From a virus (lineage: Duplodnaviria > Caudoviricetes): DNA of 64,000 bases. The position numbers were made by a program, and so were the translations under genes. The notes under the pieces were generated by a model. That model was not told the origin of the DNA and searched no databases. It saw nothing but the letters and a program-made list of their open reading frames with translations. Where the stretch lies: the IMG/VR virus record IMGVR_UViG_3300028603_000032, positions 1 through 64,000 of that record, one strand, 5' to 3'. Each line of letters opens with the position of its first letter. Position 1 is the first letter of the stretch. Below, piece after piece: positions 28,201-37,903 of the stretch.

Positions 28201-31200
28201 TCTTGGGTTGCCGGTCGATAGCTCCATCGTGCAGACAGTGCGCGCCCAGCACACGGGCGCCGACGCATTCGCCAGACTGGCACGTCAGCCTGTGTTCTCC
28301 GGTCCTGTCGTCGCGGGCCAGGATTACGTCATCGTCGATGATACCGTCACTATGGGCGGTACATTGGCAAATCTCCGAGGCTATATTGAAAGCCAAGGCG
28401 GTCGTGTTATATTAGCGTCCACACTGACAGGTGGACCGCAGCAGAATATCGTCCCATCGGCAGCTCAGCTCGATGCGGTCCGTAAGAAGCACCCAGATCT
28501 TGACGAATGGTGGCAAAATGAATTCGGCTTCCCGCTCGAAACGCTCACGGCCAGCGAGCTTGGTCACCTCAGAAAAGCCGTATCACTTGACGCCATCAGA
28601 GATCGAATCTCTGCGGCAAGAGGGTCCGAAGATAGACAAGGCGGTGGACGAGTATTACCGCAAGAAGGAGGCGGCGAGGTAGCGCCGTCTACCAGCACTG
28701 GTGACACAGAACCGCCTTCGGGCGGTTTTTCTTTGGCCTCACTGACCGGCCTACCGCGTCTTCCAACGGAACCATCGGCGCCAATCGATGCGCTTATCAT
28801 CACCGCGATAGAGCGCAAGATCGATGCCATGCTCCCGGCTGATGTCGCCACGCGGATCAAGGACAGAATTACCCACCCATCCGGTGCTGTCCTTAACGCC
28901 CAATTCCTCATCGGCAAGCGAATGGTCGAGTTGGGCCTCGTGAATAGCCCGCTCAAGATCTTTCATCTCGGCAAACATGAGGTGATCCATGCTCTGCGGA
29001 TGTCCGGGCTTTTTACGCAGGATGAATGGCAACGGCTCGTCTCCCACGCCAAGAAGATCAACATCGATGAACAGATAACGGCGAAAGATGCCAACGGCAA
29101 GCAGGTACCCGCCATTCCTGGCTACCGGAACCTGTATCGCACGTCCTTTTCTGGAATAGGGCTGAGAGGGAAAGAACTCAACGAAGTCATCGAGGAGCTT
29201 ATCGACCAAGAGCGTGTTGCCAAGATGGCGGAGCAATGGGTCGCTCGCGAGGCCAAATTCGGGCGCGCCATAGACCAGATCCTTGATCGCATCAGTCGAT
29301 TCATAGAAGCAGCCGCCCGCGCTCTGAACAATCTCGGCATCAGGTCTTTAGATGACTACGTGGAACTGGCGAATGAGCGCGACGTGCAGCGCATCGCCGA
29401 AAGGGTGCTGTCTGGTGAAGTGGGCGGCCGTGCGCGCCCGGATGATCTCGGCCTGCCGATCGGCGTGCAGCAACTGATTGGAGCCGTGCCTCGTAGCGAT
29501 GTTGGTCAGATCGTTCCTGCTGCCTCACAGGAAGGCAGAGCAGTGCTGGATGCACTGCTTGCAATCCGCGCGTTTCATGGCAGCCCGCATGACTTCGACC
29601 GCTTTTCAATGGAGAAGATCGGCACGGGTGAGGGTGCTCAGGCGTTCGGCCACGGACTTTACTTTGCCGAGGCAGAGAATGTTGCGAAAGACTACCAGAG
29701 TAAACTTGCGCCTCCTCAAGTCAATACAGGCTATCGCAACATCGATACAGAGCTTTCGAATGTTCATGGGGGTGACTGGGAAGCATTCAAGGCGGCCCAC
29801 CCGAACCCGAGCCCAGGATTGAAAGAGGCAATCGAGGACATCGAGTCGCGCGGCGCGACCGGATCTCAGCAGAAGGGCCGCTTCTACGAAGTCCGCATCA
29901 ATGCAGAGCCCGAAGACTTCCTCGATTGGGACGTGCCGATCGCAGAGCAGAGCGAGAAAGTCAGAGCAGCGCTGAGATCCATCGGCCATCCCGATAACAT
30001 AAAAACCGAGGAGGATCTGGCGCAACTCTGGCAGCGCAATGTGCGGCTGGCAAACGGTAGAATTCTCGCGTGGTACTTCAGCCCGCCCCTATCGTCCCCA
30101 CGTTTTGGATCCGAGGCGCGAGTCTACGAGTCCGGCGGGAAGTGGACAGCGAGCCTTGACATGCCCGGCGGCGGCCTCCGCGACTTTGCGACGGAGGCAG
30201 AGGCCAAACAGTGGGCCGATGGTATATTACGCCGTAACTTCGGGAGCGGGGATCTCGGCTCTGACGTTGCGCGCCAGCTCACCGCCCGCGTTTGGCTGTG
30301 GAACAGAAAGATCACGGACCCGCGAAAGATCAGCCGGGCGCTGCGGAAAGCCGGGATCAAGGGGATACGCTATCTTGACGGGTTCTCGCGGCACAAGGGT
30401 GAGGGCCATCACAACTATGTCGTCTTCGACGACTCCCTCATCGAGATCACCGCCAAGGACGGCAAGCCTGTATCCAGTCAGGAAAAGCAGGACTTCGTTG
30501 CTGCCTCTCTCGCCAGCGTCCCTTCTCAGCCTCAACCCCGTTCCTTCAACATCGAAGGTTTCAGTGGAACCGTCTCGACTTCAGAGGATGAGAATGGAAA
30601 CAGGGTAAGGACGTATCGGGTCAGTGAGGAAGATGTTGGTTCATTCGAGCGTCGAGAGCCCGCTGACGCTGGTTCGGTCAACGTTCCGTCTTCCGTGGGA
30701 TTCGCTGTCCTCAAGGAACAGGACGACGGCACATGGTCCGCGTCCATGGTCCGCATCGAGCCGGGCCATCGCAGGCAGGGTGTTCCCTCACGCCTTCTCC
30801 GTGCCATCGAGGAAGACCTTGGCCAGCGTCTCGCTCCACAAGGCTGGCTCACCGCAGAGCAGTACGCAGAGCTTGCCGAAAGCAACCCGGATGCCGTCCG
30901 GTTCCATCAGCCTGCCGGTCCCGCATTCGACGATATGTGGGTCTCTCCAAAGCAGATGGAGTTCGGCGCGGAGATCCTGAAGGAGTTCGCCTCACAAGCA
31001 CCAGATGCAGCATCGGCAAGGGAAGCACTGGATCAGGCACGCCAGCTTGAAGCCATGCGGGCCTTAGTGCCGGCAGAGGCGTTCGAGCAGGAGCAGGCCA
31101 TGTTCGCGCTCCGTGGCCTGCCCCATCCCATCAACCTCGGAACTCCATCACGGTCAGGAACCGAAGCCCCAGAGAAAAGCCTGTCCGATCTCGTCTCCGA

Positions 31201-34200
31201 TCTGACGGATGCACTAGGTCTCACAGTACGGCACGGCCGACTCAGCCCCGGCCTGAAGGCAGCCGCCGGGCGGCTTGGCATGAGCGTTGCCGGCCAGTTC
31301 TCCCGCGCCACGGGCGTCACCCGCATCGCAATTCCGAATGATCTCGCCACCTTGGCCCACGAAGGCGGCCATGCGCTGGAAACCCGCAACTCGACACGCG
31401 ATGACGTGCGCCAGCTTCAGGACGATCACATCGAGGAGTTGATCACCGCACCGTCCCGCAATTTCTCCCCGCCTCAGATGCCGGCCAGCGGTTTCTCAGG
31501 GGTAGAGCTCGACGACGATACCCAGCGCGTCCTGATCGATGCGGTTCAGGCCGACGTGAACCTGCGCGCACAGACATTGCAGGCCGGCCAGGCTAAGTCC
31601 GGCGTCCGCTTCATGCGCGGCAAGATTGACGACGCGGCCTATAAGCAGGCTCAGCGTGAGGCGGGAATGCTCCGGGCCGTGCTGATCCGCCGTCTCGGGC
31701 AGCGTGTGGCAGATGCCGTTCTCGATGACGTGAAGAAAGCGGCCCCCCGTGACCTGCAGCAGTACATCGCGCAACGGTTCTCAGCCACGGGAACACCGAA
31801 GCCGCGCCCTGCTCCCCCGCAAGCCTCGCGCACGGAGCTGTCCGAAGGCTGGGCCGAGTTCTTCCGGCAGTATGTCACCAATCCCCGTGAGGCCCGCATT
31901 CAGGCTCCTAGGCTCTACGAAGCCTTTGAGGACATGCTGGACGGGGCAGAGCCGGATATGCTGGAGCAGTTGCAAGAGATCCAGAAGGGCTTCACCGAAC
32001 TTAAGAACGCCTCTCCTGCCGGTGCGGTGATGAGCCGTGTCCAGTCCTCCGTCAAGCCATCGATGTTCGCGCAGTTCCGCAAGGACCTGGCAGAGAAGGG
32101 ACCACGGGCGACGATCTCCGACAAGCTCTACGGCTTCTATCATGCGGCCGTCGACGGTAGGCATCCCATGAAGCGCGCCGTCAAGTTCCTGATGGAGCTC
32201 GGTGCCGACAATCTCGGTGTGCAGCTCGGCGACAACGAGCGCATGGTGCTCAAGGCGGCCGACGATCCTTACAAGGTCTGGCGTCTTGCCGAGCACTCCA
32301 AGGTCTGGGCCACGGCCACACTGCAGAACGGTGTGCGTCTCAAGGGCGAGGCGGAGCCGTCCGGGCCATCCTTTCACGAGGCTTTGTCGGAAGCCTTCGG
32401 CGGCACCGCCAAGGGCCAGTGGAATGACGAGAAAGCGCAGACGTTCGGTTCCTATCTGGTCGCCCGGCGCATGCTTGCGGAATGGAAGCGTTACGAGAAC
32501 GGGGAACTGGAGAACCCGCCGGACAGCCTGATCGAAAAGCGCGTCTGGCAGAAGGCGCGTCAGGACATCGAGAAGGCGCATCCCGAGTTCGCCAAGGCCG
32601 CCCAACTCCTCTACGGCTTCAACAAGCGCCACCTGCAGAACAAGTTCCTCAACGGCTTCCTTACCGAGGATCTGTTCCTTGAGCTGAACGCGCGCGAGGA
32701 CTACGTGCCTCTCAACCGCATGATGGACGATGACGGCCCATCAGCCTTGACGAAGCCGCGCGGCCAGAACAAGCGCAAGCTGATCTATCGGTTCAAGGGC
32801 TCGACGCGGGATTTCATCAACCCGCTCGAAAGCATCGCGCAGGACGTTTATGCAACGCAGGCACGGTTCGCGCTGAACGACGTGATCGGCGCCATGGACC
32901 GGCTGTCCCGCGCAGTTGGGCCGGGTGGCGGCGTGATTGCCGAGCGTATCCCGCCCAACGACATGCGCGGCACGCGGGTGGACATCCGTGAGGCCATGCG
33001 CCAGGCGGCGCGTGATCTCGACCCGAACGACGCGCAAGGTCTGATCGAGATGATCGACGACCTGTTCGATCAGGATGCGGCAGCGACGATCTTCCGTGCG
33101 GTTCCAACCGAAGAGAAGGGCGAGCCAATCGTCTACCTGTGGGAGGAGGGCAAGCGGGTTCCGATCCGTCTCGGAGATAATCGCATCGCGCGGGACATCT
33201 TCGAGACCATGGTGGCGCTGGGGCGTGATAACTCGGACATCGTTACTGATATCTTCTCCTATGGCGCTCAGGCGTTCCGCTTCGGCGTCACGAAGGCAAC
33301 ATCGTATATCGCGGTCAACTTCATTCGGGATCAGGTTGCCACCTGGATTCTATCGCGCGACTACGTGCCGCTTGTGTCTGGTGCGAAGGGTTTATGGGGC
33401 ATAAACAGGGGTGGCACGATAGGTGCTGTGACAGGAGCGGCGCTCGGCACCGGGGTCGGCGTAGCGACCGGCGGCATCGGGTTCGCCGCCATTCCCATTG
33501 GCACCATCTTCGGAATGAGTCTGGGCTCCCGCCTCATCGGAAAACATGCGAAGGATCTTGCACGGTACAACGCCTTCGCTGGGCTAGCCGGTGTCGAGTC
33601 CGGGCTGATCGATTCGCCTTCCACTGACAGGGATATACTGGCGCTCAGGCGAACTGGCTTTCTAGGTGTTCCGTCCAGAGGACGCTTCATCGGCACTTGG
33701 CAGCGCATTCTGCGTGCGGCTGAGGTGACTGAGGCGGCAAGCAGGCTAGGGCATTTCAAGGCAGCCTACGATCGCGCTCTCAAGGACGGGTTCACGCCGG
33801 AGGAGGCGGCAATCGAAGCTGCCTATGCCGCCCACGACGTTCTTGATTTTAGCCGGAAGGGCGCGAAGATGGGTCAAGTTGCGCGCATCATGGCGTTCAC
33901 CAACTCTGCGCTTCAAGGTCTCGATGCCGCGTTCAGAACAGCAACAGGCGAGCGGAATATATATCGAAACTACCGCGAAGCTTTGACGCCATTCATCAAG
34001 TCGGCCAATGGCTCCCCGTTGTCAATCGCAGAGAAGGAGGCTCTGCCCAATTCAGTCCGCATGTGGATCAAGATGGTCGCTATCGGCCTTATGGGAGTGG
34101 CGCTGTTTGCACTTGATGACGATGACGAGACTAATGATTACATGCGGGCAACGCATTGGTTCTTCAATCTGTTCGGGATACGGGTCAGAATACCTAAGCC

Positions 34201-35365
34201 GTTCGAGCTTGGTATCTTCTCCAACATTTTTGAGTCTGCGTTCGCCTATTGGTGGCGGCAGGATGAGCGCGCACATATCCGCTTCCTGGAGAGTTTGAGG
34301 CACACTGTCGTGCCGCCTGCAGAGATCCAGGCACTCTATTCGCTAGGTCATATCGCAGCTATCCCCTCGGTGATATGGGAACATCTGGTCGCGCAGGACC
34401 CATTCAAGAAGCCATTCGACAGTGACATACCTCAGCACTTGAGGGCACTACCCCCGGAACTCCAGTTTAATGCCTACACGTCGGAGTTCAGCAAGTTGCT
34501 CGGGAACGTGATGGGGTGGAGCCCGGCGCAGATTGACAACTTCATCGCTAACACATTTGCCACTCTCGGAAGAGAGTTCTTGACCGGATCGGACTATGCT
34601 CTTCCCCGCATCAATCAACTGGTCGGCGGACGGTTACCAGGGGTTTCGGTTTCACCAAGAGCAGAGAAGCCGATAGAGGACTATTGGTTCATCTCCCGCT
34701 TCACGCGCCGTCAGTCCCGTGGTGCCCTTTCCACCCAATACTTCTGGCAACAGATGTCCATGGACGGCGGCAAGTACGTGCAGGCGGCCAACGGATATCG
34801 TGAGCTGCTGCGGGCCGGGAACGAGGTCGGGGCCAAGGATCTCCTCGACGGGCTCGACCAGGAGCGCCGGGCCTATGCCTTGCTCGAAGGCCACTTCAAG
34901 GAGAAGGATCAGGACATCCACCCGATGAACCGGGCGCGTCAGGTGATCGGCGCCATGTCCGGCATCCGCCGCGAAATGGTTCTCGACCGGCTCGTCAAGC
35001 AGTCCACCGCCAACAAGAAGCACACCGAGCCGGAGAAGATCGCGCTCGAACCGTCGAAGCAGAAGATCGTCAACGAGATCCTGGAAGACATCGCCATGCG
35101 CGAGGCAAGGAACGCCCTCGTCGTGGTGCAGCATCCGGGCTGGAAGAACAAGTCCATCCTGCCGACGGACGGCCTTCTGGCAGAGTTGAGAGCCGCGGTT
35201 CCCGAAGTCGCAGATGAATTGGACTACCGGCTGAACAAGGGCCGGTACAAGGTCTACCCGTTCGAAGGCGTTCGCCGGGCCTGGCCCAAGGCGCGTGATG
35301 TCCTGCTGAAGGAAGGCCAAGACGCCATCCTTGCAGAGTTCAGGACCGAAGCCAGGTTCCCCTGA
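25226..35365 (+). CDS. Giant polyvalent internal/ejected virion protein (PRTase-like, zincin-like, ART-like, GNAT, LPD38-like C-terminus)
   Basis: VIVDDTVTMGGTL (~28330), HEVIHAL (~28976), AFHGSPHDFDRF..GHGLYFAE..HNYVVFD (~29570-30440), RIEPGHRRQG (~30750), LAHEGGHALE (~31350), RIPKPFELG (~34180). Confidence 0.8.
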   Translation: MDDQLLNDLRSLGEEPEAVDPGLTGLLPQQEEPVGTSNTAREVAPLIDRLAEQRRREREREEQEAELRSRDGALDALMDPQQYVEGVKGIIPGAIRSGGLVLQAPDVFASRAQHNAARFGRQQIELMDRIDRGEDVSEVDDAMGYRQMSPAQRLQAREQLTKAQRSFAPTPIQERSLFRAGEDVQEFAKGVAPAAPGYEESVGRQLGEGLGSMAVGLPASFIGPMPAAVVFGAMGVGEAADRAVQWDRKEREAGRPGLTQDQIALAGILGTAPGATDMLPLEVMVGRLPIPMPKWMRGAVARGIGRIGGQAFIEGVQEGGQAFLQNLIAREVYDSNQPLVDGLGSEAAIGGGVGAIAQTAKELGSWIIRSAAGRRTRSTEPSRRDEPTPETPRDSVVDLDQFADPIEEEGERPVDEAPLGPLAPDVRGQQGEEGELAASMVQDRLSDEARDYLNEAYSTIGLEPETDLSTVPASELRQIASYLREVQQDIRTESGRYTPGRDELNPPDPAITELLRGINAELRRDAAAQRRQPQLPLDETAAEAAPTEQAAPQSVPQTQSRGRLGTRLEDLAQRDFRAAEAVDSVRGAGARPDVSSEGFSSPTFDQISSVLPPDANGDPDFGRLNARMQAEFGKTGWNNLTPDEKVQLYRTFGGEPAPATQEAPESVTEAGVSPEVVPPAKTAEAAPEPTVGQESAISDDTRQAFREILAGKAPRRQWAEQLGVDEGQLQSLIDEAASEGLVRVDRNGVVRRTARAKVAATAAQPTPRPTQAPRPAAPAQARPSLTIPSDIRLRNSIDARERITGKPLNAIVLDYAGRIEEARGTDAFDGIMAEIRADRLFLKADAHDLAALAGYPVTKSATKKAALETVEKRHRDLAEGLNQKLLPDLAALSMSQAPPQVSRTFWGGFPSVETLLPRHALRNHNPELYDKAKAGDHAAAAQLVDEVVRDEAIERLRATIGDRQPVIVAVMAEEASGRNAIPRTFAKIIGRHLGLPVDSSIVQTVRAQHTGADAFARLARQPVFSGPVVAGQDYVIVDDTVTMGGTLANLRGYIESQGGRVILASTLTGGPQQNIVPSAAQLDAVRKKHPDLDEWWQNEFGFPLETLTASELGHLRKAVSLDAIRDRISAARGSEDRQGGGRVLPQEGGGEVAPSTSTGDTEPPSGGFSLASLTGLPRLPTEPSAPIDALIITAIERKIDAMLPADVATRIKDRITHPSGAVLNAQFLIGKRMVELGLVNSPLKIFHLGKHEVIHALRMSGLFTQDEWQRLVSHAKKINIDEQITAKDANGKQVPAIPGYRNLYRTSFSGIGLRGKELNEVIEELIDQERVAKMAEQWVAREAKFGRAIDQILDRISRFIEAAARALNNLGIRSLDDYVELANERDVQRIAERVLSGEVGGRARPDDLGLPIGVQQLIGAVPRSDVGQIVPAASQEGRAVLDALLAIRAFHGSPHDFDRFSMEKIGTGEGAQAFGHGLYFAEAENVAKDYQSKLAPPQVNTGYRNIDTELSNVHGGDWEAFKAAHPNPSPGLKEAIEDIESRGATGSQQKGRFYEVRINAEPEDFLDWDVPIAEQSEKVRAALRSIGHPDNIKTEEDLAQLWQRNVRLANGRILAWYFSPPLSSPRFGSEARVYESGGKWTASLDMPGGGLRDFATEAEAKQWADGILRRNFGSGDLGSDVARQLTARVWLWNRKITDPRKISRALRKAGIKGIRYLDGFSRHKGEGHHNYVVFDDSLIEITAKDGKPVSSQEKQDFVAASLASVPSQPQPRSFNIEGFSGTVSTSEDENGNRVRTYRVSEEDVGSFERREPADAGSVNVPSSVGFAVLKEQDDGTWSASMVRIEPGHRRQGVPSRLLRAIEEDLGQRLAPQGWLTAEQYAELAESNPDAVRFHQPAGPAFDDMWVSPKQMEFGAEILKEFASQAPDAASAREALDQARQLEAMRALVPAEAFEQEQAMFALRGLPHPINLGTPSRSGTEAPEKSLSDLVSDLTDALGLTVRHGRLSPGLKAAAGRLGMSVAGQFSRATGVTRIAIPNDLATLAHEGGHALETRNSTRDDVRQLQDDHIEELITAPSRNFSPPQMPASGFSGVELDDDTQRVLIDAVQADVNLRAQTLQAGQAKSGVRFMRGKIDDAAYKQAQREAGMLRAVLIRRLGQRVADAVLDDVKKAAPRDLQQYIAQRFSATGTPKPRPAPPQASRTELSEGWAEFFRQYVTNPREARIQAPRLYEAFEDMLDGAEPDMLEQLQEIQKGFTELKNASPAGAVMSRVQSSVKPSMFAQFRKDLAEKGPRATISDKLYGFYHAAVDGRHPMKRAVKFLMELGADNLGVQLGDNERMVLKAADDPYKVWRLAEHSKVWATATLQNGVRLKGEAEPSGPSFHEALSEAFGGTAKGQWNDEKAQTFGSYLVARRMLAEWKRYENGELENPPDSLIEKRVWQKARQDIEKAHPEFAKAAQLLYGFNKRHLQNKFLNGFLTEDLFLELNAREDYVPLNRMMDDDGPSALTKPRGQNKRKLIYRFKGSTRDFINPLESIAQDVYATQARFALNDVIGAMDRLSRAVGPGGGVIAERIPPNDMRGTRVDIREAMRQAARDLDPNDAQGLIEMIDDLFDQDAAATIFRAVPTEEKGEPIVYLWEEGKRVPIRLGDNRIARDIFETMVALGRDNSDIVTDIFSYGAQAFRFGVTKATSYIAVNFIRDQVATWILSRDYVPLVSGAKGLWGINRGGTIGAVTGAALGTGVGVATGGIGFAAIPIGTIFGMSLGSRLIGKHAKDLARYNAFAGLAGVESGLIDSPSTDRDILALRRTGFLGVPSRGRFIGTWQRILRAAEVTEAASRLGHFKAAYDRALKDGFTPEEAAIEAAYAAHDVLDFSRKGAKMGQVARIMAFTNSALQGLDAAFRTATGERNIYRNYREALTPFIKSANGSPLSIAEKEALPNSVRMWIKMVAIGLMGVALFALDDDDETNDYMRATHWFFNLFGIRVRIPKPFELGIFSNIFESAFAYWWRQDERAHIRFLESLRHTVVPPAEIQALYSLGHIAAIPSVIWEHLVAQDPFKKPFDSDIPQHLRALPPELQFNAYTSEFSKLLGNVMGWSPAQIDNFIANTFATLGREFLTGSDYALPRINQLVGGRLPGVSVSPRAEKPIEDYWFISRFTRRQSRGALSTQYFWQQMSMDGGKYVQAANGYRELLRAGNEVGAKDLLDGLDQERRAYALLEGHFKEKDQDIHPMNRARQVIGAMSGIRREMVLDRLVKQSTANKKHTEPEKIALEPSKQKIVNEILEDIAMREARNALVVVQHPGWKNKSILPTDGLLAELRAAVPEVADELDYRLNKGRYKVYPFEGVRRAWPKARDVLLKEGQDAILAEFRTEARFP
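28709..28735 (+). terminator. Intrinsic terminator-like hairpin inside the giant ORF
   Basis: AACCGCC-TTCG-GGCGGTT followed by TTTCTTT. Confidence 0.55.
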
Positions 35366-35389
35366 TTTAATTTCCGAGGGATATTTCTG

Positions 35390-36721
35390 ATGACGTTCGC
35401 CCCACGGCGCTCCGATCTGGAGCGCTTTCTGGGGCCGAATGCGTTGCCTGAATGGGTAGACGCATTCGGCCGCCTGTCGCCAGAACTTTGCGAGCACTAC
35501 GGCTTCAACCGGCTGCGGTGGGTTCACTTCATGGGCCAGATCGCAGCGGAAACCAGCGGGCTTTCGCTGAAGCGCATGGAAGAGAACATGCGCTACACGT
35601 CGGCCGCACGCATCCAGCAGATATTCTCGTATCGGCTTGGGCTTGCGCTGAAAACACCGGAATACAGCCGGTTCAAGACGAAGGCGGCGCTGGCGCAATT
35701 CCTCGTCAACAAGCCTGACGACTTGGCGAAGGTCGTATATTCGAACCGCGAAGGCACCCCACCCGGCAAGGGAAATTTATACAAAGGCAGGGGACCTCTC
35801 CAGACAACCCACCTCAACAACTACCGTGCGGCCGGCAACGAGGTCGCCAAGCAGCCCGGCGGCGAGAAGTTCGACCTCGTAGCTAACCCGGAACTCCTCT
35901 CAACCGATTGCGAGCTTGGCGTCCGGGTCGCCTTCGCCGAATGGAAGCTGAAGGGCCTCAATCTTTGGGCCGACCGGGACGATTGCGATACGGTCTCCGA
36001 TGTCCTCAACACGGGCAACCCAAACGATAACGTCAAGCCCCATGGCCTGAACGAGCGCCGTAGATGGACCGCCAAGGCCAAGGTGATCTGGCCGCATGAT
36101 GGGTCGCGCGCTCCTGAAATGCCCGTCAGCGAGGCTCCTGTGGCTTCTGACGACGTATTGCGAAGGGGAGCGGAAGGCGAGCGTGTTCTGGCCCTGCAGA
36201 AGAAGCTCCATGATCTTGGCTACTTCTCAGGTCTGCAGGACGGCATCTATGGGCTTCTGACAGAGCGGGCGGTCAAGCTGTTCCAGTCGGAGCACGGGCT
36301 CGACGTGGACGGCATCGCCGGGCCGAAGACGCTCGAAGCGATGGAGAACAGCGCCCCGGCCGACCTTGGCGAGCGTGAGACCGTAACCGCCAATGACATG
36401 AAGAAGCGCGGGTCCCGCATCGTGACGCTGGGCCAGCGCATCCGTGCGTTCTGCCGCTGGCTCTACACGGCGATGTTCGGGACCGCATTGGCGGAATCGA
36501 CGGGGCTCGGGGTCATCGACAAGGCTACGTCCACGGCTCACCGCATCAACGGGTTCGTCGACCAGCTCGGGCTTCCGACCGGCGTCACATCGCCGAAGGT
36601 GTGGGTGATCCTCGGTATCACTGGCGTGGGGCTCATGGCCTTCCTCGTGGGCAAGTGGAGCAAGGGGATCGTCGAGGCTCGCGTGGAAGACGCGCAATCC
36701 GGCGCTCATCTCGGGAAATAG
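35390..36721 (+). CDS. Endolysin: GH19 + peptidoglycan-binding domain + C-terminal TM segments
   Basis: HFMGQIAAETSG, YKGRGPLQTT, LRRGAEGERVLALQKKLHDLGY..DGIYG..AVKLFQSEHGLDVDGIAGPKT. Confidence 0.88.
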   Translation: MTFAPRRSDLERFLGPNALPEWVDAFGRLSPELCEHYGFNRLRWVHFMGQIAAETSGLSLKRMEENMRYTSAARIQQIFSYRLGLALKTPEYSRFKTKAALAQFLVNKPDDLAKVVYSNREGTPPGKGNLYKGRGPLQTTHLNNYRAAGNEVAKQPGGEKFDLVANPELLSTDCELGVRVAFAEWKLKGLNLWADRDDCDTVSDVLNTGNPNDNVKPHGLNERRRWTAKAKVIWPHDGSRAPEMPVSEAPVASDDVLRRGAEGERVLALQKKLHDLGYFSGLQDGIYGLLTERAVKLFQSEHGLDVDGIAGPKTLEAMENSAPADLGERETVTANDMKKRGSRIVTLGQRIRAFCRWLYTAMFGTALAESTGLGVIDKATSTAHRINGFVDQLGLPTGVTSPKVWVILGITGVGLMAFLVGKWSKGIVEARVEDAQSGAHLGK

Positions 36722-36725
36722 ACCC

Positions 36726-37154
36726 ATGGACATAGCAGACGTTCTTGAGCGCGGTAGAGCGCTGTTTCTGCGTGTCTGGACGCATCCCGTCGTGGTGGCT
36801 GTCTCTGTGGGCGTCGTGCAGATCTGCACGGCGGTCTCGACACTAGTAATCGGTTCATTCAAGGGGGCTAACAAGATGCCCATTTGGCTCATCGTCGGCG
36901 TGCTTACTGCTGTCGTCACGTTCTTCGGTGTGTGGACCTTCATCGACAACATCAAGGATGAGGTGAGGGCAGAGGAGCAAAGGGCCTGCACGCTCCGCAT
37001 TGGTGAGATCGAGAAGAAGATCAACGCCGATGCCGATGCGAAGATCAAAGCCGCTCTGGAGGCTGCCGAGGCAACCTCACCAACTCCAGAAGTGCCGGAA
37101 GAAATTGCCGCCCTATGCGCTAAGGACGCCGCTTGCAGGGATCGCACGCCATGA
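36726..37154 (+). CDS. Inner-membrane spanin/holin-like protein
   Basis: N-terminal TM segments followed by coiled coil; lysis cassette position. Confidence 0.6.
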   Translation: MDIADVLERGRALFLRVWTHPVVVAVSVGVVQICTAVSTLVIGSFKGANKMPIWLIVGVLTAVVTFFGVWTFIDNIKDEVRAEEQRACTLRIGEIEKKINADADAKIKAALEAAEATSPTPEVPEEIAALCAKDAACRDRTP

Positions 37155-37345
37155 AGAAACTCAGCCTTATCCTACCCTTGTTCGCCGCTGCTTGTGCGAT
37201 GGACCAGCCGGTCAACGTGAGCGTAAAGGGAGACGTATCCTGCAAAGCTTTCAACTATCTGTCGTGGTCGAAGAAGGATACCCCGAAGACCATTGACGGG
37301 GTAAGGCGGCATAACGCGGCTTACTACAGGATATGCAAGTCGTAG
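37151..37345 (+). CDS. Outer-membrane lipoprotein (o-spanin-like)
   Basis: MKKLSLILPLFAAAC lipobox; overlaps upstream spanin end. Confidence 0.65.
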   Translation: MKKLSLILPLFAAACAMDQPVNVSVKGDVSCKAFNYLSWSKKDTPKTIDGVRRHNAAYYRICKS

Positions 37346-37351
37346 ATTGGT

Positions 37352-37903
37352 TCATGCACCCGTTGAATCTGTGCTGGCGTCGGTGCGGTCAACGCTATGT
37401 TGCAGGGTGGGCAAAGGTACGAGTTCTGCCACGGCCCGCGAACTCCAGATGCAGCCGGATGCACAGTCCCACGGGTAATACCAGCGAACAGTCTGATCCA
37501 GCCGGAGAGACCAGACGTACGGCGCAATGATGATGCCACTGTAGCGTTCCGCAACTGCAGCCCAGCGTACAGCATTGCCATCGAACAACCCACTATCGCC
37601 CATCTTATCGGCGAAGTGAGGGCGGCAACCGTATTCTTGGTGGAAGTTCCTAATTTCCGATTCATCGCGTAGCCGGAGGACATTCGCGTTATCGCGCAAC
37701 ACAACTTCTGTCGGGTGGGTGAGTTTTCCGAGCTGGAATTGCTCAGCCCTGCACCATGACGGCCAATCATCATCGCCTTCAACGGAGACCCACAGCCCGA
37801 ACGGCTTCATGGCGCAGTCTCCCCGCATACCATCACGATCGCGGTCCTGACCTGCGTCGCGAATTTCCGTCAGGTAGTGGTCGCTGTGGTGAACCAGCCG
37901 CAT
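37352..37903 (-). CDS. Conserved phage hypothetical (KPxGLWxS family)
   Basis: MRLVHHS..KPFGLWVS..WPSWC...YSGIIIAPY...WDCASGCIW. Confidence 0.65.
   Translation of the reverse strand: MRLVHHSDHYLTEIRDAGQDRDRDGMRGDCAMKPFGLWVSVEGDDDWPSWCRAEQFQLGKLTHPTEVVLRDNANVLRLRDESEIRNFHQEYGCRPHFADKMGDSGLFDGNAVRWAAVAERYSGIIIAPYVWSLRLDQTVRWYYPWDCASGCIWSSRAVAELVPLPTLQHSVDRTDASTDSTGA

Noticed and set aside
9992-35365. Diversity-generating retroelement (expected in some BPP-1-like phages)
   Set aside because: No reverse transcriptase (YxDD) ORF and no TR/VR pair differing at adenines was seen in the window.
25553-35698. Long minus-strand ORFs (e.g. 25553-26299, 31781-32632, 34652-35698)
   Set aside because: Antisense shadows of the GC-rich giant gene with no motifs or RBS.
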